A stretch of 64,000 nucleotides of DNA from Octopus vulgaris (lineage: Eukaryota), in contig OX597829.1 of the NCBI GenBank assembly GCA_951406725.2, positions 16,430,001 to 16,494,000 on the forward strand. The letters are read 5' to 3'. The translations under genes were made by a program, and so were the position numbers. The notes under the pieces were generated by a model, which saw only the letters and a program-made list of their open reading frames with translations, ran no database searches and was not told where the DNA came from. Numbering within the stretch: the stretch's first letter is position 1; the number at the start of each line of letters is the position of its first letter. Below, one piece after another: positions 42,022 to 54,495 of the stretch.

Positions 42022-42177
42022 TTGAAAAATACATTAGGGATGAGAACCCAGGTTTGAAATTTCCCCAAGACACCTGAAGAAGGCTGGAGGGTCTATCAAC
42101 CGAAACGTTGTGTTAACAACAAACAAGATGAGGACAAATATCCGTCGAATGTAAATAATGTAAATAATGTAAATAAC
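41895..42177 (+). mobile_element. tRNA-derived SINE with internal (AAT)n and an HHR-containing tail
   Basis: Degenerate tRNA head, (AAT)n, HHR, then a (TGTAAATAA)n end. The 5' end is preceded by an inverted copy of itself (41872-41919). Confidence 0.65.
42069..42114 (+). ncRNA. Hammerhead motif in the 3' part of a tRNA-headed SINE
   Basis: GACAC CTGAAGA A GGCTG..CAACC GAA ACGT T GTGTT. The sister copy at 15368-15411 (-) has CTGATGA and GGCTG/CAGCT. Confidence 0.68.
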
Positions 42178-43293
42178 TCAGCAATTGTTTTGCCCTTTAA
42201 CATTCACATTATTTTGTCAAAAGTAATCCTGATTCAGTCACAATGTTTTGAATTAATCATGCATTATTTTGTAGCTTTTGATGAGGTTACTGTTAATTCT
42301 TTAGAATGATATTGTAGAGTTGATGTGAGAGAGTAAACATGGCTAATTTGAACATAGAGCTTGTAGAATATTTTGGACAGATATGACCGGCTTAAATGCT
42401 AAAGGGTTAAATATATAAATTCCTTGCTCTGAACTGATACCAGTTGTTTGCCTGTTCATTCTTCCTTTCTGTTCTATATGTACCTGCTCAATGATAAACC
42501 ACTTATAGCCACTTATTGCTATGTACAACACCACTTTGTTTCAAGTTGAAGTTTAAGGCAGTTAGTCAACTTGAACATTTATCATATATAAATATTACAT
42601 GATGTCATTAGATGCAATTTTACCTAAATTGTCTTTCTGTCTGTCTGCTGCTCTTTATCTATCTATCCATATATATGTGTGTGTGTGTGTTTGTGTATTG
42701 ATATATATATATGTATATATATAAGTAGATGAATGAATTATCCTTTGTTTACCGTTAACATGGAAAATTCAATAAACAGTTACCAGGGTAGCAAAATTCA
42801 CACAAGTAACAAGGATGTAGCGACCTATTCAAAGGTAGAAACTCCGAGTTAATGTGCATATAGTTCATAGATGAGAATCAGATATTCTCCATATAGGATA
42901 CACTTAGTAGTGCTCAATACATTTAATCTTGAGCGAGTGTAGAAGTAAATGTAAGGATAAGCAAGTTTGAGAGATCAATATATAAAGCATATTAAATACA
43001 TGAAATATAAAAAAAGTGTATTCATACGCACATACAAAAAGGTATACAAATGATATAGAGAATACAGTATACAAATGATATAGAGAATTAAAGGGGTTGA
43101 AGAAAAGTATTACAAATCAACAGCTGTTTCTGGGGGCTCAGTGGTCCAAAATAATGTTTGTAGTTTGAGTCCATCATATGAAGATATCTTACATTTGAGG
43201 GGTTTTTGAACTTGTTGTATGTGAACATATATACATATTTTTGTATTTCATGAATTTAATATACTTTAGATATTGATGTGTCTAACTTTATAT

Positions 43294-43328
<35 letters not shown>

Positions 43329-44008
43329 TATCACCATCATCCGTTTTCCATGCTGGCATGGGTTGGACGGTTTGACTGAGGTCTGGAAAACCAGCAGCTG
43401 CATCAGGCTCCAATCTGGTCTGGCAGAGTTTCTACAGCTGGACACCCTTCCTAATGCCAACCACTCTGAGAGTATAATGGGTGCTTTTTACATGCCACTG
43501 GCACAGGAGCGAGTAAGGCAGGCTTTTTATGTGCCACCAGCACAGGAACCAGTCAGGGGGTACTGGCACCAGTCATGATCGGTTGGGGCTTTTTACATTC
43601 CACCAGCATGGGAGCCAGTAAGGTGGGACTGGTAATGAACATGTTTGGATGGTGCTTTTTACATGCCACTGGCACAAGAGCAAGTCAGTGGGCACTGGCA
43701 TCAGTCATGATCAGTTGGTGCTTTTTACGTTCCACTGGCACAGGAGCCAGTCAGGCGGACCTGGCATTGACAACATTCAGATGGTGCTTTTTATGTACCA
43801 TCAGTCAGCGGGCACCATCTGAAGCTATGATATTGGTTTTACTTAACTCAACAGGTTTTCTCAAGCATATCATATCACCCAATGCATCAGGAGTATTTTT
43901 AACAAGGCTGGACATGTGTGGTTGCCATTTCACTTTAATTTCCGGGTCTTCTCAATCACAGCATATCTCCAAAGGTCCCAGTCGCCTGTCATTGCTTCTG
44001 TGAGGCCC
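43294..44008 (-). mobile_element. Family A RTE 3' end
   Basis: Begins LGLTEAMTGDWDLWRYAVIEKTR, has diverged subrepeats and a (GAT)n tail. Confidence 0.8.
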
Positions 44009-44032
44009 AAAACACATACACAACATAAACAC

Positions 44033-44111
<79 letters not shown>

Positions 44112-45319
44112 TGCGTGCGTGCGTGTACATGTTGTGTAAATACAATTTAAATGGCAGCTATGTTTTTCTTGTCGTTCTTTTTTAAAAAAGAAAAATATTC
44201 AATTCCAGATATCTTAAAAAAGAAATTGCTTGTGACATGTCTATAAAAATATACACTAGCCATAAACCATACCTGGTGAATAGCTATAAAATATACCAAT
44301 TGTTTAGCAAAATGTGTATTAGGGCTTTTAATTTCTGTCTTTTTAGCTTAGCATATATTTTTTTACATTTTATCAAAATGTCATGCATACTAAACAGCAA
44401 TTAAAGCACTTTATTGCTGTTATTAAGTTCAGTATGAAGAGCATTTAAATCTAATTGTGCGTCTAATCATTGACCTTGGCCCCATCAACAAAGTTTTCCA
44501 CCTTAGTTGCAGGTGTAGCCATGTAATAGGAAATTTGCTTTCCAAACACATGGTTTCAGGTTCAGTCCCATTGTATGGCACCTTAGGGCAAGTGTTTTCT
44601 ACTACAGTCCTGCATAAACCATAGTCTTATGCACAACATTTCTCCACTCTTGGTTTTCTGCTATTTTCTTTCTTTCTCCTAGTGGTGGTAGGTAACAAAC
44701 AAACACAAAAACACACACACACACATATACATACGTAAGTATGTATGTGTGTATGTATATATATATGTGTGTGTGTATATATATTCAGCCTTAAAAGTTA
44801 AATAGCTACAGCCTCTTGTAAATAGCAGTAATCTGATTAATGTGACAAATACCTATTCATATAGCAAGATTTGATACCTACCTCATTGTGTTCAACCATT
44901 GATAAATTTATCGCCGGTGAATATGAAATTCCTTGGAAATTTACACCTACACCATTGGAAATTGTGCATCTATACAAAGGATTAACTCACCCTCTCTGTA
45001 ATGCTAATAAGCAGGAATTGAAACCCACCTCGTTGTAATTGACAATGGATAAATTTGCTTTCTGTGAGTATGTAACCCCTCATCATATCTCTGGAAATTC
45101 ATATGTGCACTATGGATCGGGTCACCTTCTCTGTGATGCTATTAAGACTTTTTGAAATTCTGTGATGCTATAAGACTTTTTTGAAATTCTGTGATAAGAC
45201 TGTACATCATCTTTAAAGAACTTTAATGAACTTTTGAAATCTGTTTATGTTACTTAATTATCTACATTACTTCATGAGTATAGCCTCAACCACTAGGATG
45301 TCTAGAGAACTCACATGTA

Positions 45320-45410
45320 TTTTAGCTGATGAGTACGGGACACGTTTATATGCTGTAATTTTTGCAACTTTTAATAAAACCTGTCCTTGTATGAAACGAT
45401 CGTACTAAAA
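45320..45410 (+). ncRNA. Minimal type-I hammerhead ribozyme, canonical core
   Basis: Stem I TTTTAG/CTAAAA, CTGATGA, stem II GTACGGGACA/TGTCCTTGTAT, GAA, palindromic stem III ACGATCGT; GUA site at A45404. Confidence 0.87.
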
Positions 45411-45441
45411 ACCTATCCATTCTTGTTGCTTCATTCTCGCG

Positions 45442-45485
<44 letters not shown>

Positions 45486-45610
45486 ATAAAACGGTAAGAT
45501 AACAAAACAGATAGAACATGCTTTCTATGTTATGTCCCAAGAAGATTTTATATATTTTTATATATTTTTTATTATTAACGGTATTTTTTCATAGCGTTTT
45601 TCAAATAGCC

Positions 45611-45673
45611 AGATAACCGAAGAGATGGTGTTGTGGATTTCCACTTCGGCATCTGAAACTCAGAGTTTTATCT
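45611..45673 (+). ncRNA. Hammerhead ribozyme motif with U4C core variant
   Basis: Matches the 28681-28743 motif except that the core is CCGAAGA. Confidence 0.6.
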
Positions 45674-45698
45674 TGACTATTGAGTAATGTAACGTATT

Positions 45699-45740
<42 letters not shown>

Positions 45741-45750
45741 CACACGTATG

Positions 45751-45784
<34 letters not shown>

Positions 45785-45826
45785 TGTATGTATGTATGTA
45801 TGTATGTATGTATGTATGTATGTATG

Positions 45827-45858
<32 letters not shown>

Positions 45859-45884
45859 GAGTGTTAAGTGAGATGTACAGAAAT

Positions 45885-46109
45885 TGAATATTGAGGGAAA
45901 GGTACCAGAATTTTAGAAAAAAAAATTGGTTTCTTTCTTCATTATTATTAGTGCTTTTGTTCTTGAACTTGACAAATAGAATTTCATGAATGTAAAAACA
46001 GCTTGTTCATTTATATAAAACAGGATGGCTTTTTTGGGGTGGAGGGGGCAGGTTATTTAGAAGAGAACATTGCTTTTGTATTTTTGGGGGTGAGGTTCCA
46101 TGACAATGG

Positions 46110-46184
<75 letters not shown>

Positions 46185-46515
46185 AAGCCAGAGGAGATAA
46201 AAAGAAAGGGTATCACCCTCCCTCTTCACCATTCATTTATTTAGTCATTTACCATTGTATTGGAATGGGTTAAAGGATGGTAACCTCTTCAAAAGAAAAA
46301 AAGGTGTGGTGGGTCCTCACTGAAAGTCTTTTTGCTTTCTTTCTCTCTTCTCTCCCTGCTTCCCTTCTTTCTTTTTCCTTTTCTTCTTTTTTTTCTCTTC
46401 TTTCCTTCTCTTGTCTTTCTTTTTCTCCTCTGAGTTGTTTAGAATACAAAATATACTGTCTCTGCTTTTCTCTCTCTACTTGTCTAGATTAGTCTATCTA
46501 TCACTCTAGATCTGT

Positions 46516-46590
<75 letters not shown>

Positions 46591-46615
46591 CCTACCTATC
46601 TATCTATCTATCTAC

Positions 46616-46678
<63 letters not shown>

Positions 46679-47604
46679 CTTATCTATGAACCCAGAAATT
46701 GAAAACAGAGGGTTACCCACTTGCAAACAAATGTGGTAACATATAACAATATTGACCAAGGTTACCGTGGTCTTTTTCGTAGGCTTTTCTTCCCATGAAT
46801 AAACCTTACTTGCTTTCCCCTTTACACCATACATCATAACACTGTGATACATGATCCCTATTGATTGTTTTATTTTTTTTCCTCTTCCCCTCTTTTTCCC
46901 CTTTTTTCTTCTTTTTTTCATTTCTCTTTTCTTTTATTCCTTTTCCTTTTTTTTATTTTATTTTTTATTTTTTTTTTTTTATTTTTGTTCTTTTTTTTCC
47001 CTTTTACAATCCCGCCACCTTTTTTTTGGTTTTGTTTTTTTGTTTTTTTTTCATCCCCCAAAAGAAAAGCTCTACCTTGTAACTTGTCCCATCTGTGTGC
47101 AGCCCTGTGTGGCCAATAAAGAAACTTATCTATCTATCTATCTACCTATCTACCTACCTATCTTTCTATCTCTCTCCATTGTCATGGAACCTCACCCAAG
47201 AAACAAAAACAATGTTCTCCTCTTCTAAACAAAATCCCCTCAAAACATCTGTTTTATATAAACGAACAAGCTGTTTGTACATTCACAAAATTCTTATTTC
47301 TTTGTTACCCACAAGGGGCTAAACATAGAGGGGACAAACAAGGACAGACAAAGGGATTAAGTCAATTATATTGACCATTGACCCCCTGAAAGGATGAAAG
47401 GCAAAGTTGACCTTGGTGGAATTTGAACTCAGAAGGTAACAGCAGACAAAATACCGATCAGCATTTCACCTGGCGTCCTAATGTTTCTGCCAACTCACAA
47501 AATTCTTTTTGACAAGTTCGAGAAATGCACAAAAGCGCTTATATTAAGGAAGAAATAAAAAGATTTTTTTCCAAAATTCTGGTGACCTTTTTTCTCAATA
47601 TTGA
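45885..47604. repeat. Old ~230-bp inverted repeat pair bounding a (GATA)n-rich 1.7-kb segment
   Basis: 45885-46112 is roughly the reverse complement of 47172-47604 once the SINE C insert (47296-47494, TSD-like TCACAAAATTCTT) is removed. Confidence 0.7.
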
Positions 47605-47935
47605 TGATAGGTACTGATATGACTTTGAATCTCTTTAACAATTCAAAATAATGACTTTTATTCATCTTAATTCTACCTCAGTTCATCTAATTGTATATAT
47701 TTATCATTACTTTTCATTAGAAAAGCCTTTATTCTTTTTAATATCCAATGTGCATTTTTGCTTTTTTTCTTCTTACTTTCCCCATATTTTTTCCATGTGT
47801 AGTTTCTATTTTCTTTTGGAAATATTCTTCTATTATATATAAGTTCAGCAAAATTTAAATTCAGATGAATATGCTACTTAAGTTAAAGGCACCAGAATTT
47901 GGTATGGTATTATCCATATAAATCAAATGGGTGAT

Positions 47936-48073
47936 TATAATCATAATAAGCAACAAGGATATCCAAGGTAGAGTAGTACAATCGTTTCATGCTACTTCAT
48001 TTAATAAAATGAAGTAGCATGAAACGATTGTACTACTCTACCTTGGATATCCTTGTTGCTTATTATGATTATA
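47936..48073. repeat. Perfect 67-bp inverted repeat with a 4-nt spacer
   Basis: 47936-48002 is the exact reverse complement of 48007-48073. Confidence 0.92.
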
Positions 48074-48171
48074 TATATGTGTGTGTGTGTATTATATATA
48101 TGTATATATATATATATTTAGTGAAGGGAAGAAATGGAGCCAAACGAAGATTCTACAAAATTCCTTTTATT

Positions 48172-48257
48172 ATTTTCTACACATGTTTCAAAGGCTGCAA
48201 ATTTCCAAATTCGGATTGAATAAGGAGACCATTTTGCAGCTTTCTCTTCAGGAAAAT
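48172..48257 (-). ncRNA. Minimal type-I hammerhead ribozyme, canonical core
   Basis: Minus strand reads ATTTTC CTGAAGA GAAAGCTGCAAA...TTTGCAGCCTTT GAA ACATGTGT A GAAAAT: 6-bp stem I, about 11-bp stem II, GUA site. Confidence 0.83.
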
Positions 48258-49737
48258 CCAGGAATTTAAATCTCCAAAACAAATGCACAGCAAGCTATTC
48301 GAACAAAACGCTCCCTAGGAGCCCATGATATGGCACAAAACTCGGCTCCATTTCTTCCCTTCACTAGATATATATAAAACTTCAATTATCCACGCTAAGG
48401 CACGGTTGCGACACCCCATGGTCGTAACCTCAACCGTATTTTTTCTGTTGTGATTTTTTTTACCCAGGTATCGGTTAAATTTTGAATAATCCATAACATG
48501 ATAATTCATTTATCCATTTCAATAAATATATATATATATATATCATCATCATCATCATCATCGTTTAACGTCCATTTTCCGCGCTAGCACGGGTTGGACG
48601 GTTCGACCGGGGTCTGGGAAGCCAGGGGCTGCTCCAGGCTCCAGTCTGATCTGGCAGAGTTTCTACGGCTGGATGCCCTTCCTAACGCCAACCACTCCGT
48701 GAGTGGAGTGGGTGCTTTTTACGTGCCACCTGCACAGGGGCCGGGGGGTCCGGCATCGGTCACGATCGGTTCGAGCTTTTAACGTGCCCGCGGCACGGGG
48801 CAACAGGGATCCGGGGTACTTTGAATGGGTGGGGGTGGGGAAGGTTGGGGGGGTAAGGAGGAACGATGGCAGGAAGGGTTGGTGCAGGTTCGTAAGAAAT
48901 AAAAACGTAGGATAATTACGAGGCGGGGAGGGGACTGGAAGGAGATAGTTGGATTAGATTCAAAACAGGAGGAAGCGTAAGATCAGTGGGCGGTTGAAGA
49001 GCTGTGACGCTAGCAGCTTGTCTTTTCACAGTGAAAGCATATGAGGAGAAGGGGTAGGAAGGGGTGGTGGGGGAGGAGGGGGAGTATCCGGTGTAGATGG
49101 TGAGAACAGTGTTCACCGGTATTGGTGGTGGGGGTGGGAGGGCGATATATATATATATATATATATATAACGTAAGGTGTACTAGCCATCTGAATGTGGC
49201 TAGCCACTGGGGGTGGGGTGTTACTGATGCTTTTAGCCCCAGTAGCTAGCCACATTCAGATGGCTAGTACACCTTACGTTGTTGAGCGGTTACTGTTTAT
49301 ATCTCGTTCAGAGATTTATTATTGCTTATCTATATATATATATATAAATATATATACATACATGCATATAAAGATATATATATATATATATATAACATAC
49401 AGTGTACAATTAAACACATTAAGAGGTATCCATCATAGGACTCCCTGATGCTAGAAAGAACAGTTAAAAAAGTCTGAAACTACGGTCCATGTAAAAAAAA
49501 CCATTTGAGCGTGGCCATTACCAGTACCACCTGACTGGCTTTTGTGCAGGTGGCACGTAAAAGCACCCACTACACTCTCAGTGTGTTTTGTGTTAGGAAG
49601 GGCATCCAGCTGTAGAAACTCTGCCAGATCAAGACTGGAGCCTGGTGCAGCCATCTGATTCACCAGCCCTCAGTCAAATCATCCAACCCATGCTAGCATG
49701 GAAAGCGGACGTTAAACGATGATGATGATGATGACAT

Positions 49738-49768
<31 letters not shown>

Positions 49769-50740
49769 CTCACACACACAATGTGCTTCTTTCAGTTTCC
49801 ATCTACCAAATCCATTCATAAGGCTTTTGTCTGGTCTGGGACTGTTGTAGAGCCAGCACTGAAAGTTAAAAAGTTTCATATAGGAATACATCTACGTAAA
49901 TAATGCAATCAAAGATAGAAAAATAGGAAATAGATGTATATGCACATTTCAGGATTTCTTGCTCTTTCTTCAGTATCGCATACATCACTTAAATAGCCAC
50001 TAAGTTTAGCAGCATAACACTATTGGATAGACCATTTCACATATTTAAAACATTCCTTGCAACTGCAGAGATAACTTTAAAGTGATTGCATCATACTACC
50101 AATACTGAAACAGAACACTGTGTTGACTTATAAACATTTAATATACTTGATGGGTTATTAAGGTCGCACATCGAATATGATGACCCTACAACCAATTTGA
50201 TATTTACCTTCCAGTTGCTAGGAATGTGATTTATATGTAAATTGGTCCATCTAATAATGTTAATCTGCTAATCTTAATGGCTATCAAAGTAATGTGGTTG
50301 TGGATTAGTTAATTGGTTGGATGAGGCACTGAAGGAATAACTCCTGAAATATGCATATACACTCATTGTGTGTTTTTCTATCTTCAGTCTCATGTTTACA
50401 TGGATGTATTTGCATACGAAATATTGTAACTTTCAGTGCTGTCTCTAAATTCTATAGGCAACCTGTAGGTAAATTCTATAGGCAAACTAAAAGTGATATA
50501 TATATATATATGCTTTTAAGCCACTCCCTTGGCAGGAACCTACCAGGAGATTTCTTTAGATAATAGACAACTACATGCCTGCCCTAATACTTTGAACTCT
50601 ATACCAAACTATATTTAAAGAAAATATCAACTCCAGACATGCTTTTGACCCCCAGACAGAAGATAAACTATTTTCACTACATATTTTTATAAATTTTTAC
50701 TAATATTTGATAAGATGAGATTCATCATTAAAACTGATAA

Positions 50741-50920
50741 TCTCTATATATATAAAGATGAAAATGTGTGTCTGTCTGTCTGTGGGAATCCCTAAAACTT
50801 GAGAACTACACAACTAATTTCATTCAAATTTTACACATGCCTTACTTAGGGTCCATGTAGTGTCATAGGCAAAAAAATTTAACTTCTTACCTAGTGCGAA
50901 CCCACAACAATATCCCTCGG
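50741..50920 (+). mobile_element. Non-autonomous Helitron-like 5' end
   Basis: Begins A^TCTCTATATATATAAA followed by a (TGTC)n tract, the usual layout of such 5' ends. No 3' CTAG end was found. Confidence 0.5.
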
Positions 50921-52852
50921 GGGAGAAAAAATACTTTGCTGTAAGGAAGGAAAAGAAAGAAAGAAAGATAGGAGGCTGAATATGTATAACGAACGTATAC
51001 AATATAAAATTACGTATACATGTGTATATAAAAGTGTATATTAGCAGTAAATACACATATAAGAACACATATATAAATATAGAGAGATAAGTACGTAAAT
51101 ACACATCCACACAAATTCAAGTGAATACATGCATACATATACATCCATGTATGTATGTGCATAAGTATAAACATACTCGCTCACTTACACATATACATTG
51201 GCGCATACATACGAATACATATGCATGCCAACAATACAAATATTCACATAAAAACATGTCTAGGTCCTGACGTATATACAAACAACCTTATTCTTAAAAA
51301 TTGCTGAGTGCATAAATATAATTTAGATAAAAGATTTGTAAAATAGAACACCCTATATCGAATTATCTATAAATTAAACGATTTAAAATGGTTTATAAAA
51401 TACAATAAAATGAAATAAAATAAAAGCAGAATCCCAAACAAGAAAATAATAATATTTGCATATAACAATCGAAGGTTTTTCTTAAGAAATATGTTGAAAT
51501 ATATACAATAACTTTGCGATACGAAATAAATCATTTATAATAAGAAACAAATCCAACAGTGTGATTAAAAACTAGTCCAAGAATCAAGAATATACACTAT
51601 CCATATTGTATATTGCTAGCCGACATTTTAAATTTAGTTGCGTGTCTGCAGGAATTCGAGAGTTTACGTCTTTGATTCAAAGAGTTTTTGTCCTGGAATA
51701 AAATGAAATATTTTTCCAGCAGGCATAAATCACATATGATGGGTCTTTTATGTGTACCGTGCCTTTAAGGTGCAGCTCTATCCAAAATACTCCATGTCAC
51801 GTTGAAAGGTCGGGCTTCTTTTTCTTTTAATTTCCAGATATATTTTGCCAGGCTGGTCTTCGTCCTATTTTCGGGGTATCTGAAGGAATTTTTATGCGAT
51901 TAAAATTGGTTTTGAAAGAATTTTCAGAGGCCCCTGTATAAGTTCTATATTCGCGTGAGCCTTCTATCTGCACCTTGGCCCTATAGACGATTCCTTTCTC
52001 CAGACATGTTCCTTCCAACGGACAGGAGGACCTATCTTTGCAATTACAATTTTCAAGAGGAGAATCGGGTCTATGATTATTAGCAATTATCCTACTGTTG
52101 TGTTGGTTAATAAAAGAGGCGAAGTTTTTGCAACAAGAATAGCTGATCTTAAGCGTTCTTCGATTAAATATTCTATAAAACTTATGGTCAGGTTAAAAAT
52201 GTCTACAGACTAATTTTAAGAATTTTCTATCTATATTTGTTTTTACGGCCATATTGAAAGCTGGGTTAAACCAGAAAACTTTCCTACTCCTAGTTCTACG
52301 TATAGCATTACTGCTAACATTAAGTTGGTTATACTGGATTTTCTCAGAGAATCCACTATTCTTTAATGCGCTATTGTAATAAGGCATTTTGGAATGCTGC
52401 CTCATCTGAAGAAATTGACGATATTCGTCTACCTACATTACTGACTAAGTTCCTGAGAATAACTGACGGATGATTGAATTCTTTGCTAATATAAGATAGC
52501 TTATCATTAGGCTTACGGTAAGGTTTAAATTTATCCGACTGTAAATCCAAATTTACATCTAAAAAATTTACACTTTTCAGGTTAGTATCTATCGTAACCC
52601 GTAAACCCATCCTTTGGAAGAAAGCAATAAGTTTATCTGATCCATGGCCGTTTAAATTATGAGTGACTATAAGGCCGTCATCCCTATATAATCCTGCGTC
52701 TATAAATGGGAATTCTAGTTTTAAATTGTGTAGAATATAAGCTCCTATGAGCATACATAACTCAGCCCCGTTGTATGTCCCCATCGGTACATCGAAAGGA
52801 GAATCCTCACTCTTCTTAACCTAGGTGGAATCCTCGTAAAAAAGAAGGGATT
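50921..52852 (-). mobile_element. Naiad-like PLE, 5'-truncated (RT C-half, GIY-YIG and 3' pLTR)
   Basis: FDVPMGTYNGAELC, GLYRDDGL, NFLDVNL, YRKPN..NHP, WFNP, CNC..CPLEGTCL..IVYRAKV..YTGAS, CDLCLLEK, CRH. Frameshifted. Confidence 0.92.
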
Positions 52853-54303
52853 TATTGCTAATATACACTTTTATATACACAAGTATACATAATTTTATTT
52901 TGTGTACGTTCGTTACACATATTCAGCCTCCTATCTTTCTTTCTTTCTTTCTTTGTTTTCCTTCCTTACGGAAAAGTATTCTTTCTCCCCCTATTCGTTA
53001 CTTGTACACAGTCCTTTAACTTTGCGCGCCTCTCCCCCTCCTCTTACTCACCTCTTTCTCTCGCTAACTGTTACATATAAGATCCTTCCCTTTTCTTTCC
53101 CTTCTCCCTCTCTGCATTTTACGTCTCGTCTATATGTATACAACAAGTGATTTTTGCATGCGAGCATGATTGCGTACATATGTATACATATGTATATGTG
53201 TATCTGTGTGTATATTTACGTCTTACGGATCTTTTCCTTTTGAACGGCACTTTGTAACATAATTTCTAGGTAACTAAAAAGTTTTAAACTTCGTATATTG
53301 GTAGAATGTGTTTATAAAACATTTTTTCTTGGCTTTATTAAGAAAATTCTATATGTTGTAAGATATTTCGTCTTTAATTTCGAGCATTTCGGCAATTTTA
53401 ACCAATCACTGACGTCCATTTAGGTAAATAACATTCTGTGCATAATGAATATGTCCCTCCTTTAAGAAACAGATTGAGTTTATTTACATTTGCGAAGAAA
53501 ATTAGTTAGGGTTAGGTGTTGGGAAAGGATATCTTTTTTTCTTCCAAATGTAAATAAACCCAATCTGTTTCTTAAAGGAGGGACATATTCATTATGCACA
53601 GAATGTTATTTACCTAAATGGACGTCAGCGATTGGTTAAAATTGCCGAAATGCTCGAAATTAAAGACGAAATATCTTACAACATACAGAATTTTCTCAAT
53701 AAAGCCAAGAGAAAATGATGTTTTATAAACACATTCTACCAATATACGAAGTTTAAAACGTTTTAGTTACCTAGAAATTATGTTACAAAGTGCCGTTCAA
53801 AAGGAAAAGATCCCGTCTTACATATATATGTCTGCATATGTATGTAGTCTGTGTATATCCATCTGTGTATTTTGATGTATATATGTATATTGATGGTTTA
53901 GTATGCGTATATACTGTTGTAAAATATTTATGTAATGTAGCGTGAAAATTTCTAATTTCAACTTTAATTTTTTATGTTTTAATTGTATTAATAGAATTAT
54001 ATATCGTATATAATTACTTGCAATACGTATTTTGAATCCACTCTTCGCTTTAAGGTTTTTCCTGGATTTTTTATAATAGGATGAATTTATATTGAATTCA
54101 TTTATTTTGTTTATTTCGTTTATCACATGCTTAAGATCGTTATTTGAAAGGACCAATGAAACAAATCCGTTTTTAAAGGTGTATCCTTTAACTAGTTTTG
54201 ATCATATCGTTATTTCGGTTCTATTTTAACAAAACTGTCCGACGAAGCGGAACGTGAAACTCTGAATAACAGCTTTTATTATATTTCTGCTGCTTTTAAA
54301 TAA

Positions 54304-54310
<7 letters not shown>
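52850..54310 (+). mobile_element. Inverted pLTR-like copy joined to the Naiad 5' truncation
   Basis: 52850-52992 is the reverse complement of about 50921-51050. It continues through AT-rich sequence to an HHR-like motif near 54235; contiguity beyond 52992 is inferred. Confidence 0.55.
53227..53813. mobile_element. Foldback MITE with about 275-bp TIRs and an 8-bp TSD (Merlin- or MULE-like)
   Basis: Ends GGATCTTTTCC...GGAAAAGATCC. TSD CGTCTTAC at 53219-53226 and 53814-53821. The spacer contains TTAGTTAGGGTTAGG. Confidence 0.88.
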
Positions 54311-54360
<50 letters not shown>

Positions 54361-54365
54361 GTATG

Positions 54366-54423
<58 letters not shown>

Positions 54424-54440
54424 ATATTATATATATATAT

Positions 54441-54495
<55 letters not shown>

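Noticed and set aside
51600-52060. Selenocysteine (UGA) recoding reported for some Naiad elements
   Set aside because: The conserved Cys codons I checked here are TGT or TGC.
53502-53516. Interstitial telomere
   Set aside because: It has only about two units and sits inside a MITE spacer.
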